From contig CANJVR010000009.1 of NCBI GenBank assembly GCA_947478395.1, forward strand, positions 1-64,000: DNA of 64,000 nt, in the 5' to 3' direction. Positions 29,126 through 39,565 of the stretch are shown here, piece by piece. This stretch comes from Opitutia bacterium. Its GTDB lineage: Bacteria > Verrucomicrobiota > Verrucomicrobiia > Opitutales > Opitutaceae. The notes below the pieces were generated by a model. That model searched no databases, was not told the origin of the DNA, and saw only the letters and a program-made list of their open reading frames with translations. Made by a program: the position numbers and the translations under genes. Each line of letters starts with the position of its first letter. Positions within the stretch are counted from its first letter, which is position 1.

Positions 29126-31921
29126 TCAACGCGCAGGTGGGGCGGCCGGAGATGGCGCAGGTGCTGCGACCGGCGCCGGTGGACCGCCGCGGGCCGCGCC
29201 ACCACGTCCGCCGTCCCGCCCGCCACGCACCAGCGCAGCCGTCGGCAGCGCGTCTTTGCAGAGCTCCAGCATCTCAATAATCGTGAGCCCGGTCTGAGCC
29301 GCTTCGTTCGTGCTGATTTCAACGGCTTCATCGAGTGGATTCAAAACGTCGGATCCGGTCAGCAAATGCGGCGTGGCCGAGCTACCGGCGCGCGTCGCGA
29401 TATCGTTGATGGCGCGCTGGGCAAACGCCGGGTTCTTTGTCATCGCGTAAGCGTAGGCCGCAAGACGCGGTCCGCTTTGTTCGTTGAGAATGTACCGCGC
29501 GTCGGCGCCTTCGTTGCCGGTCGTCCGGTCCAAGGTCAGCACTTCGGCCGGCGCACCGCCGATGCGGCAGTATTGCAGCCACGCCGTTGCGAAATCTTTC
29601 CGGCCGAGCAGCGGCACGAGTTCAAACATGACTTCGCCGCCGCCTTGAATGGTCGCGAGATTGTAGCTCACGGGCATCGAGCCTTTCGTGATCGGATCAC
29701 GGATGGCGGTGAGCTTGCCGGTCGCGGCATCGTAGCCGACGAGTTGCGCGCCGCCGCCTTTCAGTTTGCCCATGCCGCCACCGGGGATGTCGGGATTGAG
29801 GCCATTGAGATGCCCGGTCTGCAGCCAGTACGGCATGCCCATGATGGAATCGACGCCGGCGATAATGCGATCGCGCCACTTCACGTTACCCGTGCGCTCC
29901 CACTCGGTCATCCAGTTGCCGGCGAAGGCAAACCAGTCCGGGCCGATGCGGATGCGCGCCGCGTATTGCGGTTCGCCCGGGATTTGCGGCGCGGCCAGAC
30001 GCATCGGGTCAAATTTCGCCGCTGCGATGTCGGATGTCAGCGATTCGCGCATCAGATCACCCGTGCGTTCATCCGTGGTGAGATAATAGAACGGCCGCCA
30101 GTGGGCGGCTTGGCTGACGCGCGCTTCCTTTGCGCCGTCGCCCCATTTCACGACGTTGTGGCGCGAGCCGAGGCCGGCCATTTCGCCGATGTGATAGACA
30201 TTGGTTTCGCTCGTGTTGCGGGTAAGCGCTTCCGCCAGGCGAAACACATCCGCGCGGCCCGTGCGCAAAAAGCTATACCACACCCAGAGCGGGGCCCCGA
30301 GTTCGGTGTTGTCCCAAGCATGCCCGCCCCAGTCGTAGTGCCACATGTGGCGCGGCGCGGAATACGAATGCATGAAATCGCCGAACTGCCAGAAGCCGTA
30401 CCAGTGATGTTGGTCGACCTGCTTTTCGTAGTACGCGAGGACGGAATCCAAACCGTCTTCGATCGTTTTCTTAAACGGCGTGGAACGGTCCGGCAGGCTC
30501 CATACGCCAAGGACGCCGGCGGAATGAATGTACTCCGGCGTGCACGCGAGCAAGGGCAGCTCGGCCCCGTTTTTCGCCATAGCCGCCGTTTCCGTGCGCG
30601 AGGGCAGCCCGGCGCTCGGATAAAAGGTCAACTCGCTGGTGCGGGAAACGCCATACGCGCGGCTCATGCCGGGCTGCACGTCTTCGTACGACGCAGTCAA
30701 TGTGTGCGCGACCAGATCGTAGTGACGCATATCCATCTCCGGGCCGTCCGGTGACCATAGCCAGGCGACGAGCTCCGCGGCCGGCTGACTCGCGTGCCGC
30801 ACCTCGAGTGAAGCCGGATACGACTGCCAGAAATTCTTAATGCTCACGCCCAATCCGCCCGTCAGATCGCCGACAAACGCGAGACCCGCGGCGCGCTGAC
30901 CGCCCGCGGAGGTGATCCAGGTGCTCTTCGGATTCGTGCGCTTGACGATGCTGAAGCCATCGGGATTGGGCTGCGTGAGTTTGAAATCATCCCAGACAGC
31001 GTTCTGCGTAAATCCACCCCGGCCGGCAAACGGCTGGCCGGTTTCCTGCGCGACATTGCCGCCGCCGGGCTGGAGCGGCTCCGACCACACGCCACCGTTC
31101 GCGCCGGCGAAGCGCACGGTGCGGTTGAACGCTTCTTCCCGCAGCGGCACGGCGAACTGCACGCCCAGCCCGCGCACGAAATCTTTTTCCTGATCACCGT
31201 CGAAGATGATGGTGTGCACCATCCGCACCGCGGTCTCACCGCCGTAGAAATAAAGCCGCACGGAGAACGGCAGCCACTCGCGGCCCGAGCCCGCGACTTT
31301 GTGCAAGCCGTCGAATTTCACCACGGCGCGCACCGGCCCGGATTGCTCGACCGTGACTTTTTGAATCACGCCGGAAAATTTAGTCCGCTTCGGCGCGTCC
31401 TCGGACGTCGTCGACGGACCATCCTGCAGGATGCCGACGAGCTTACCGGCCCGCGCGACCTCACGACCAGCCACCATCATCGACTCGATCAGATTTTCTC
31501 CGGTCATCGGCAGCGTGCAGACGAGTGCGCCGGTATCGACGACGATGGTCTTGCCGTCGTTCTTAACGCTCAACGAGCCCTTCGCCGGCGAGGCCACACC
31601 GGGCGTGAGCGTGAATGCGCCCGCGGTCAGACCCGTGCCGGCCGAAGCCGCGAAGCCACTCCATTTGATGGTGCCATCAGGCCAGTAGGCCAGCGGCCAC
31701 GTTTGTACCGGCAAAGCTTTCCCCTGTGCATCGGTCAGGTTAAAGGCCGTCTCACGCGGTACGGTGCCTTGAGGCCAGGGTACGCCCCAGCTCACACCAC
31801 GCGTGGAACCAGCCGGCGGCTGCTCCAACCAATGAAGTTGCACGGGCGCCGGCGCCGCGAGAGCGCCGAGCGTGAAAACCAGCGAGCACGTCGCGGCAAC
31901 GAGGGAGAGTGTATTTTTCAT
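29126..31921 (-). CDS. Secreted exo-rhamnogalacturonan lyase-like protein (PL26/YetA-like), copy 2
   Basis: Sec-type signal; WGVPWP.G, WPLAYWPDG..KW, WYGFWQFGDFMH, GGHAWDNTE, GSRHNV. Confidence 0.8.
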   Translation of the reverse strand: MKNTLSLVAATCSLVFTLGALAAPAPVQLHWLEQPPAGSTRGVSWGVPWPQGTVPRETAFNLTDAQGKALPVQTWPLAYWPDGTIKWSGFAASAGTGLTAGAFTLTPGVASPAKGSLSVKNDGKTIVVDTGALVCTLPMTGENLIESMMVAGREVARAGKLVGILQDGPSTTSEDAPKRTKFSGVIQKVTVEQSGPVRAVVKFDGLHKVAGSGREWLPFSVRLYFYGGETAVRMVHTIIFDGDQEKDFVRGLGVQFAVPLREEAFNRTVRFAGANGGVWSEPLQPGGGNVAQETGQPFAGRGGFTQNAVWDDFKLTQPNPDGFSIVKRTNPKSTWITSAGGQRAAGLAFVGDLTGGLGVSIKNFWQSYPASLEVRHASQPAAELVAWLWSPDGPEMDMRHYDLVAHTLTASYEDVQPGMSRAYGVSRTSELTFYPSAGLPSRTETAAMAKNGAELPLLACTPEYIHSAGVLGVWSLPDRSTPFKKTIEDGLDSVLAYYEKQVDQHHWYGFWQFGDFMHSYSAPRHMWHYDWGGHAWDNTELGAPLWVWYSFLRTGRADVFRLAEALTRNTSETNVYHIGEMAGLGSRHNVVKWGDGAKEARVSQAAHWRPFYYLTTDERTGDLMRESLTSDIAAAKFDPMRLAAPQIPGEPQYAARIRIGPDWFAFAGNWMTEWERTGNVKWRDRIIAGVDSIMGMPYWLQTGHLNGLNPDIPGGGMGKLKGGGAQLVGYDAATGKLTAIRDPITKGSMPVSYNLATIQGGGEVMFELVPLLGRKDFATAWLQYCRIGGAPAEVLTLDRTTGNEGADARYILNEQSGPRLAAYAYAMTKNPAFAQRAINDIATRAGSSATPHLLTGSDVLNPLDEAVEISTNEAAQTGLTIIEMLELCKDALPTAALVRGGRDGGRGGAARGGPPAPVAAPAPSPAAPPAR

Positions 31922-32300
31922 GAAGCAAGCAATGAAGGGTGAAACGTAAAACAGTCGGGGTATCGGATGTGTCCAGCAGAACCGTTAAACGAAATGACGC
32001 CGACTATCATCCGCGAGCAATAGCGACAGTCCGGTAAATCGCCTTTTGGTCGCGGAAGTGACGCGCGGCCTCGCCTGCGTTCCGGCATGCGCGAATCGGG
32101 CTAGCCCAAAAAATCAGACCTGAATCGACCCAAGACATCGGCCACCGAAGACGCGGAGCGCAGACGCAGGGCATAGAAGAATTCAGTTTCCCGTTTCATG
32201 AGATCTAGGTCCGAGCCCGGTGCGCTCTGGGGGCAAAGAAATCGCCCGGAAAGATATGCAATATACAGGCTGAAGCCTCCCGCTACGCGCACCACGGCGC

Positions 32301-33011
32301 CTACATCCGAAAGGCGATGATGGTACCCGCAACGCCCACGATCTCCGCGAAACGGCCGGCCTTCGTCGCCTCGAAAATTGCCTGCGAGACGCCGTGCGCC
32401 CGGCTGCCAAAATCGTGAAACGCCATCACGCCGCCTCGTTTCACGAACGGCGCCCAGGCCTCGATGTCGGCACAGCAGGCTTGGTAGGAGTGATCGCCAT
32501 CGATAAAAATAAAATCGACGGCGCCGCGCCGCGCCGCGAGTTGCCGCGCCGCCGCCAGCGAATCCGCGATCACGGGCTCGGCGCGGGCCGCAAAGCCCAG
32601 CGCCGCCATGTTGGACTTAAAAAAACCGAGCGTGCTGCCTTCACCGAGCGCCTGAAAATGCCGCTGATACCAAGCCGCGTCCTCGCCGCACGTCGACTGC
32701 CCGGCGAAATTATCCACCGCCTGGATTTTGGCCGAAGCGCCTTTTAATCCACCCGCGATGAAACAGGTCGACGCGCCCATCCACGAGCCGATCTCCACCA
32801 CGCTGGCGTCGGCCGGAAGATCGCTGGCCAGTTGAAAAAGATAACCGCGCTCAGCCAAACTGCCCATGTCGTCCCGCTTGAAGTGGCGCGCAATCCGCCG
32901 GAACTCATCCCAGTTCAAGTCCGGCCGACGTTTGTGCGCACCGCGCAGATAACGGCGCGATTTCAGGGTAAACCGGACATCTCGCACCAGGGGCCAGTGT
33001 TTGAAGACCAT
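32301..33011 (-). CDS. Class I SAM-dependent methyltransferase (Methyltransf_24-like)
   Basis: VEIGSWMGAS, FIDGDHSY, FHD. Confidence 0.85.
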   Translation of the reverse strand: MVFKHWPLVRDVRFTLKSRRYLRGAHKRRPDLNWDEFRRIARHFKRDDMGSLAERGYLFQLASDLPADASVVEIGSWMGASTCFIAGGLKGASAKIQAVDNFAGQSTCGEDAAWYQRHFQALGEGSTLGFFKSNMAALGFAARAEPVIADSLAAARQLAARRGAVDFIFIDGDHSYQACCADIEAWAPFVKRGGVMAFHDFGSRAHGVSQAIFEATKAGRFAEIVGVAGTIIAFRM

Positions 33012-33266
33012 CGAACAAAGGGAAGGCGTGACGCCCAAGGGGTGAAGCTTTTTTTCGTGCGCCACGGCGAAATCCCCGGAATCGCGACGAGAACCACAAA
33101 AAACGGGCCTTCATTCCATCCCGCTAGCGCCCAGAGGCGCGCGGGCTACATCACCCGAGACGGAGAAATTTTCGTGTGTTTCGAGGCCATCGTTTAAATG
33201 GGCTCGAACTACTTTCTCGGCGTTCGTCCGTGCAATCGGGAGAAAATTCTTTTCCGCTCTGGCCCG

Positions 33267-34316
33267 ATGTCCGCCGTTCGCCCATCGATTCTCATCATCC
33301 GTCGCCGCTATCTGGGCGACGTCGTTTTGCTGGGCTCGGTGTTCCGTAATCTCCGCCTGCATTGGCCGACGGCCCATCTTTCGGCTCTCGTCGAACCCGC
33401 CTACGCTCCCGTCCTCGCGCTGAATCCCGACGTTGATTTGGCGCTGACGCTGCCCACGCGCATCGCGGGCTGGCCAAGCTTTCTGCGCAAGCTGCGGCGC
33501 ATGCGCTTCACGCACGTCCTCGATTTCGACAACACCGAAAAGACGGCCGCGATCGCTCGACTGAGCGGAGCTCCTTTTCGCCTCGTGCTGAGCCACGGCT
33601 ACGGCGTGAAACTGCGTTCGTGTTATTCCCACCAAGTCGACGATCCGGCCGACGCCCATGAAACTCGACCGATCACGGACTACTATCTAAGTGCGTTGCC
33701 GCCCGCCGGCGTACCCATTGCAACGCGGGAAATTCGCCTCACGCCGCGGCCCGAGGATCTCGCCGAGATGCGCCGCCTCGTCGGCGCCGCCGGCCCCGTT
33801 CTTTTGGTTCATCCGGGAACGCGCAGCCCATGGCGCCGCTGGCCCGCCGAGCGTTTCGCCGCCGCGTGCGATTATGCGCAGGATGAACTCGGAGCCCAAG
33901 CCGTGCTCGTGGGCGGTCCGGGCGAGCAGGCGGTCATCGCGGAAATTCTCAGTCACACCCGCACGCATATCCTCACGCTCAGCGAACCCCCTTCGGTGGG
34001 GCGTCTCGCCGCCCTCGCCCAATTGAGTCGGGTGATTTTGTGCCACGACAGCGGGCCGATGCATGTTGCCGCCGCGGTCGGAACGCCCGTCATCGCCCTT
34101 TACGGTTCGCAAAACGCGGCGCTTTTCCGCCCGATGGGCGAAGGTCACACCGTCTTGCAGCCGCCACTGCCCTGCATCACATGCGTCAGCCCGGGGCGCT
34201 GCGTACCCGACGATTCCTACCGCAACCACTGCGTGCAAAATATCCCGGTTGCGACCGTGCGATCGGCCTTAGCGCGGTGCTTCCGCTCGGGATCCGAAGT
34301 TAAAACCGCGGGCTAA
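33267..34316 (+). CDS. Glycosyltransferase family 9 (heptosyltransferase-like)
   Basis: YLGDVVL, HPGT...RRWP, DSGPMHVAAAVGTP. Confidence 0.9.
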   Translation: MSAVRPSILIIRRRYLGDVVLLGSVFRNLRLHWPTAHLSALVEPAYAPVLALNPDVDLALTLPTRIAGWPSFLRKLRRMRFTHVLDFDNTEKTAAIARLSGAPFRLVLSHGYGVKLRSCYSHQVDDPADAHETRPITDYYLSALPPAGVPIATREIRLTPRPEDLAEMRRLVGAAGPVLLVHPGTRSPWRRWPAERFAAACDYAQDELGAQAVLVGGPGEQAVIAEILSHTRTHILTLSEPPSVGRLAALAQLSRVILCHDSGPMHVAAAVGTPVIALYGSQNAALFRPMGEGHTVLQPPLPCITCVSPGRCVPDDSYRNHCVQNIPVATVRSALARCFRSGSEVKTAG

Positions 34317-34337
34317 AGCACCGCGCTGCTCGAGCCG

Positions 34338-35258
34338 CTACGCTTTCTCCAACAAAAACACGCCTTGATCGCCTTCGCCTCGCGCGTTGGCCGCTTCCGC
34401 CCTCTGGGAGAATAGGCGTACTTTCTCGGGATCGTCCGCGGGCCGGCCGGTATAAGGCACATCGCGCCGGTAAAGTTCGCTCATTAAAAATCCGGTTTCG
34501 ATGCCGTCGAACTCCGTGTGCACCACCCGCAGGCCGCTGCGCTCGGCCAGCGCGATCATGCCGTCGCGGCTGGGCACGAGCAAATGGCGCGGGGGATCGA
34601 GATTGAACCAGTGCTCCCCATATATTTTGCAAGATTCGCTCCCAGACACGGGAATACGGACCAGCAATTTTCCGCGCGGACCCAGCCGGTCGCGGGCGTC
34701 TTCCAAGGCGCGCCGGGGATCCGGCAAATGCTCGAGGACGTGATGGAGCATCATCAGGTCGTAACCCCCACCGGCATCGGCGAGTTCAGCGCGGCGAATT
34801 TGAAAGCCTCGCTCATTCACCTCGAACGGCGTGTAGGGATCGATGCCGGTCAAATCGGAAAACCCGTACCGCTGCATCCGGCGCAACAACCCGCCGCTGC
34901 CACAGCCGAGATCGAGAATCTTCGAGTCCAGCTCGATGCCCGCCAGGCGACACCAGTTAAAGAAAGGATATTTCCGCCGCTGCCATCGCACGATACCGCC
35001 GGCAAACAGCGAGGACAACAGCCAGCGGGCCCAGATTTGCCGCGGCCACGACGCCTTTTTCGAACGCAGGGGAGGAAGCTGGAGCGAGTAATAATCCGGC
35101 GGATAGTAATCGCCCAAATTCTCCGGAATCCGGCGGATCTGGAGGCTCCCGCAATGCGCGCACTCCGTATAGTCCGCCGGATGGCGCCAGCCAAAAAGCA
35201 TCTCGCGTGTCCCGAACATCCGACACGTATCCTCCAAGCCACAGGCCCGGCATTTCAT
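34338..35258 (-). CDS. Class I SAM-dependent methyltransferase with N-terminal Zn-ribbon
   Basis: CRAC...CAHC, LDLGCGSG, HHVLEH, DPPRH. Confidence 0.85.
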   Translation of the reverse strand: MKCRACGLEDTCRMFGTREMLFGWRHPADYTECAHCGSLQIRRIPENLGDYYPPDYYSLQLPPLRSKKASWPRQIWARWLLSSLFAGGIVRWQRRKYPFFNWCRLAGIELDSKILDLGCGSGGLLRRMQRYGFSDLTGIDPYTPFEVNERGFQIRRAELADAGGGYDLMMLHHVLEHLPDPRRALEDARDRLGPRGKLLVRIPVSGSESCKIYGEHWFNLDPPRHLLVPSRDGMIALAERSGLRVVHTEFDGIETGFLMSELYRRDVPYTGRPADDPEKVRLFSQRAEAANARGEGDQGVFLLEKA

Positions 35259-35473
35259 CACGGCAATGATCCTGCTCGGCGGCTTTTGCTCTAGAACATC
35301 CATGACGAATGAAGACGCGCGTAAGAAAACGGACCAGAACCAATCATCCCGAGAATTCAGAAGCGGGTCTCCGCCTTTCGGCGAGCTAAACCTTGCTCGG
35401 TGCGATTGATTTTCGTCCGATCCGATCCGTGCCTCTCGATCGTTCGAATTTAGCGGCGGCTCCACCTGCGACC

Positions 35474-36352
35474 GTGCCGCTCGTGACGTTTGGCATTCCC
35501 GCCTTCAACCGTCCCGGATTGCTGGCTGAAACGCTCGCCAGCATCGCCGCGCAAGTCACGTCGGCGCACTACGAAGTTATCGTGTGCGACGACGGCGCGC
35601 AGCCCGAAACCGCCGCGATCGTCGCGCGTTTTCGAGCCGACCGATTTTTCTATCACCGCAATGTTCCAACCCTCGGCGCCATCGGCAACTGGAACGAAGT
35701 CATGCGCCGCGCGCGCGCGCCATGGGTCATGGTGCTGCACGAAGACGACACACTCTATCCGTGGTACCTGGCAACCGTGCTGCCCCGCCTGCGCGACGAT
35801 CTGGCTGCCGTCTGCACGCGCACGGTTTCTGGCGAGGTGCCGCCGGATCTGCCCACGCCCGCCGCGCCGGCAGACGCAAAACGGCGGACGTACGTCCCCC
35901 GGTATTTCCTGAAAAGTTCAATGACACCGTTTCCCGGCGTGCTCGTACGGCGGGAACTTGCATTGCGCCTCGGCGGCTTTCCCGAGCGCGCCGGCCCGAT
36001 CGCCGACTACGGTTTCTGGTACCGTCTCGCGTGCGCCGGCCGCATCGAGGTGATCCGCGAGGTTGCCGTATTTTACCGGGTCTCGGACGACCAGTGGACC
36101 GCCAGCGTGTGGCCGATGATGATCCGCCAGATGCATCTCTTGCGCCTGCGCATCGCCCGCGAACAGTTTCCCAAGTCTCCCCGCTGGGGACGCTGGCTCG
36201 CACGTTTTTTCACATACCGCAACGCACTCAGCTACGCCGCCCGCTTTCCCGAACGTCCCGCTTCGCTCCAACGCGCGTGCCGGCTCGGGCGAATTTGCGG
36301 CGCGCGCCTGCCGAGCGGCTGGGTGTGGGCGGCGTTGCAACTGAGTTCTTAA
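35474..36352 (+). CDS. Glycosyltransferase family 2
   Basis: IPAFNRP, VCDDG, LHEDD; start uncertain. Confidence 0.8.
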   Translation: MPLVTFGIPAFNRPGLLAETLASIAAQVTSAHYEVIVCDDGAQPETAAIVARFRADRFFYHRNVPTLGAIGNWNEVMRRARAPWVMVLHEDDTLYPWYLATVLPRLRDDLAAVCTRTVSGEVPPDLPTPAAPADAKRRTYVPRYFLKSSMTPFPGVLVRRELALRLGGFPERAGPIADYGFWYRLACAGRIEVIREVAVFYRVSDDQWTASVWPMMIRQMHLLRLRIAREQFPKSPRWGRWLARFFTYRNALSYAARFPERPASLQRACRLGRICGARLPSGWVWAALQLSS

Positions 36353-36428
36353 CTCGACCGACGATGACCGCCGAGATTCCCCGTGGACATCGCCGGGCCG
36401 TCGCGCTCGATTCCCTGTTCCGCTCCGC

Positions 36429-37382
36429 ATGAATCACCCCGGTCTCAGCTCTCCGTCGACGTTGCGTCTCACCGTCGCCCTTTGCACGTACAACCGGGCC
36501 GACTTCCTGCGTCAAACCCTGGCCGGTCTCGCGCGCCAACAGTTCCCGCACGACCAGTTCGAAGTGCTGGTCATCGACAACAACTCGTCGGACCACACCC
36601 GCGCCGTCGTCGCTGAATTCGCCGCCAGTAAGCCCAGGCCTCGACATATCTTGGAAACGCAGCAGGGCCTCGACTTTGCCCGCAACCGCGCGATCGCGGA
36701 AGCTCGCGGCGAGATCGTGCTTTTGGGTGATGACGATATTTTGGTGCAGCCGGACTGGCTGGCGCAGATGCACGCGCCGTTCGCGAGCGATGCCGCGCAC
36801 CGGGTCGGCGCCGTCGGCGGCGAAGTCGTCCCGGTATTTCCCGACGGATTGCCGCCGTGGGTGGCGGAATGGCACGCCCCGCTCGCCTTCCGCGCCGAGG
36901 CCGGCCCGTTGCCGGCGCGGCATTCGCCGATGGGGGCGAACCTCGCGATCCCGCGCCGGGTGTTCGCCCAAGTCGGATTGTTTCATACCGCGCTCGACCG
37001 CGCCGCGGGTAATTATTTTTCCGGAGGCGACAGTGAAATGATCCGTCGAATCCGCGCCGCCGGGCTCGAGGTGTGGTTTGCCCCCGCCGCGGCGGTGCGA
37101 CACCAGATGCCTGCGAACCGCACCACATTTCGCTATGCGGCCCGCCACGCATTCGACTCCGCACGTTCCCGGACCATCGACCGGGCCGGTCTACCCGGCG
37201 CAGTGGTATACCTGATTTCACGTTGGGTCGCGAATCTCCTGAAAGTCGCCGGCTTCGGCGTGCTCGCGTTGCTCGCGGCGCTTATTCTTCGCACCGGCGA
37301 CGCCAAGAAAGCCCTCGTGCGCGCGTGGCGCTCGTGCGGGTACCTTTACCAAATTCCGCGCTCACTTGTTGGAAAAACATAG
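36429..37382 (+). CDS. Glycosyltransferase family 2
   Basis: CTYNR, IDNNS, ARN, GDDD. Confidence 0.88.
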   Translation: MNHPGLSSPSTLRLTVALCTYNRADFLRQTLAGLARQQFPHDQFEVLVIDNNSSDHTRAVVAEFAASKPRPRHILETQQGLDFARNRAIAEARGEIVLLGDDDILVQPDWLAQMHAPFASDAAHRVGAVGGEVVPVFPDGLPPWVAEWHAPLAFRAEAGPLPARHSPMGANLAIPRRVFAQVGLFHTALDRAAGNYFSGGDSEMIRRIRAAGLEVWFAPAAAVRHQMPANRTTFRYAARHAFDSARSRTIDRAGLPGAVVYLISRWVANLLKVAGFGVLALLAALILRTGDAKKALVRAWRSCGYLYQIPRSLVGKT

Positions 37383-37454
37383 GAGCCTGCTTGCAGGCGA
37401 TTCGCGACTCGTTTGGGCTGGCGGCTTAAATCGCGCGCAAGTGTGCCCCTAACT

Positions 37455-38261
37455 TTGAATTCGACCGCCCCGCTTCCCCTCTCCGTCGTCATCGTTGCCC
37501 GCAACGAAGCGGCGAATCTTCCGCGCTGTCTCGCGAGCGTACAGGGCTGGACCGCCGAAATCGTCGTGGCGTTGAACGCGACCACCGATGCGAGTGCGGA
37601 GATCGCTGCGGCTCACGGCGCACGCGTCGTCACCTTAACGTGGCAAGGTTTTCGCGACACCAAGAACGCCGCCTTGGCGCTGGCCGCACAACCCTGGGCA
37701 CTCTGCCTCGATGCCGACGAAGAAGTCTCGCCCCCGCTGCGCAGCGCGATCACGGCATTTTTTGCGCGCGCGGATCTCGGCGCGTTCGCGGGCGCACGTT
37801 TTCCCCGCAAAGTATGGTTCATCGACCGCTGGATCATGCACGGCGATTGGTATCCCGATCTGAGCCTGCGGCTCGTCCGCGTGGACCGCTCGCGCTGGGG
37901 CGGCGACGAATTCGTGCATGAGAAAATGGCCTGCACCGGCCCCGTGGCCACGTTGGCGGGCGACTTGCATCACTACTCGTTTCCCACGCTTGCCAGCCAC
38001 GTCGCGAAAATAAATCCCTTCGCCGATCTGTTCATGCGGCAGCAGGAAGTCCGCGGCACGCGCTTCTCGCTGGGCGCCACCGTGGTTCGGCCCGGCTGGC
38101 GGTTCGTCCGCGCCTATATTTTGCGGCGCGGTTTTCTGGACGGGTTTCCCGGCCTCTACATCGCGTGGGCCACCGCTTTCGGCGCGTTCGTGCGCTACAG
38201 CCGGCTGTATGAGAACCAGCATCGAAAACTCCCGCCGGCTTTCGTCGCGGCGGACCAATGA
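37455..38261 (+). CDS. Glycosyltransferase family 2 (WaaE/KdtX-like)
   Basis: IVARNEA, LDADE, WYPD..LRL, VHE, GFLDG. Confidence 0.88.
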   Translation: MNSTAPLPLSVVIVARNEAANLPRCLASVQGWTAEIVVALNATTDASAEIAAAHGARVVTLTWQGFRDTKNAALALAAQPWALCLDADEEVSPPLRSAITAFFARADLGAFAGARFPRKVWFIDRWIMHGDWYPDLSLRLVRVDRSRWGGDEFVHEKMACTGPVATLAGDLHHYSFPTLASHVAKINPFADLFMRQQEVRGTRFSLGATVVRPGWRFVRAYILRRGFLDGFPGLYIAWATAFGAFVRYSRLYENQHRKLPPAFVAADQ

Positions 38262-38283
38262 TATTCTCTGCTTCGTCCCAGCC

Positions 38284-38697
38284 GTGAAATCCGTCGCCAA
38301 AAATTCCGGGGTCGCCGCCGAATCCCAAACTTTTAGTCGAATCGCCGAGGAATTGATTGGCGAACTCCGGGGCGTGCCGTTCGAAGAGCCGCGGAAATCC
38401 CGCAAGCGTCCGACTTTGCCGCTCGCCCAGCTGGTCGAATTGATTCTCGACGAACACCGGATTGGGCGCGAAGCGCCGGAGCACACCATTCGCGCCCATT
38501 GGCCCGCCCTCGTCGGGTCGGCCAACGCGGCCTATTCCCACGCCGTCCGCGTCGAACGCGACCGCAAGGTGGTGGTCCACGTCGCCCACGCGGTCGTGCG
38601 CAACGAACTCTTCATGCACCGCGCCGAGATCGTCGAACGGATCCAAAAATTGCCCGGTTGCGCCCAGATCAAAGAAATCCACCTGCGCGCGGGTTAA
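38284..38697 (+). CDS. dciA: DUF721/DciA family protein
   Basis: I...W..LVG...A.YSH.V......VVHV...V.RNEL...R..I...I pattern; start uncertain. Confidence 0.65.
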   Translation: MKSVAKNSGVAAESQTFSRIAEELIGELRGVPFEEPRKSRKRPTLPLAQLVELILDEHRIGREAPEHTIRAHWPALVGSANAAYSHAVRVERDRKVVVHVAHAVVRNELFMHRAEIVERIQKLPGCAQIKEIHLRAG

Positions 38698-38800
38698 AGC
38701 TGCTTGGATTTCGCTTCTCAGGTCCCAAATTCAAGATCGACCGCTCTAAATTTGCGCTTGCGCGCGGCGCCCTCGTTTTAGAACCTCCGCCCTTGCGTTA

Positions 38801-38958
38801 GTGAAAGCCCATCGGTTGTGGGCTCTCACCATGACCGGTCCGGCATTCCGCCGGATTAACAACGGTGACGCCGGCTCAACCTGGGTTTCCCCCGGGCTAG
38901 GCGGGTGGCACGGTGCCTGCAAAGGTGCCCTACAGTCGTGCAATCCAAACACTAAACC
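38801..38958 (+). promoter_or_regulatory. Structured rpsO 5' leader (candidate S15 autoregulatory RNA)
   Basis: Several hairpins, including GTGAAAGCCCA/TGGGCTCTCAC and TCCGGC/GCCGGA, directly upstream of rpsO. Confidence 0.45.
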
Positions 38959-39225
38959 ATGTCTACCACCGTCGTTAAACCCGATATCATCGCTCAGTTC
39001 AAAACCCACGACAAGGATACCGGCTCGTCCGAAGTCCAAATCGCGCTCCTCACCGCTCGGATCAATCACTTAACCGAGCATCTCCGCACCCACCGTAAGG
39101 ATTTCCATTCGCGCCGTGGTCTGCTCCAGATGGCGAGCCGTCGTCGTAAGCTTCTCGATTACCTCAAGAAGCACGAACTCAACAAATACACCGACATCCT
39201 CGCGAAGCTAAGCCTTCGCAAGTAA
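38959..39225 (+). CDS. rpsO: 30S ribosomal protein S15
   Basis: [31 protein letters not shown]. Confidence 0.98.
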   Translation: MSTTVVKPDIIAQFKTHDKDTGSSEVQIALLTARINHLTEHLRTHRKDFHSRRGLLQMASRRRKLLDYLKKHELNKYTDILAKLSLRK

Positions 39226-39238
39226 CGCTTTAAATCGC

Positions 39239-39274
39239 ACGGGCGACCCGATCCGCGGGTCGCCCGTTGTCTTT
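39239..39274 (+). terminator. rpsO terminator
   Basis: ACGGGCGACCCG-ATCCG-CGGGTCGCCCGT followed by TGTCTTT. Confidence 0.75.
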
Positions 39275-39565
39275 ACCGACACTCGCTTCACGACCGGGAC
39301 ATTTCTGTTTGCCGCTAAAAAGGCAGGGCGCGTTATTCTTAGCGCTCCGCTGCTAAAACAGGCGCCAAACAGAAATCTCTCGAGACTGACCGAGATGATG
39401 AGAAAGCCCGGCCGGCCTTAGCGCCGACCGCAGCCGCACCCCGCCCCGCCTTAGCCGCACCTCGTGCGCGCTTCCGGCGGCGCGTTATTCGTTAATCGAA
39501 AATCAGAAACCCGTTAGTTCATCCGAAATCCGCGGTCTTTGTGCCGCATTGTCCGAAACTCAGTT

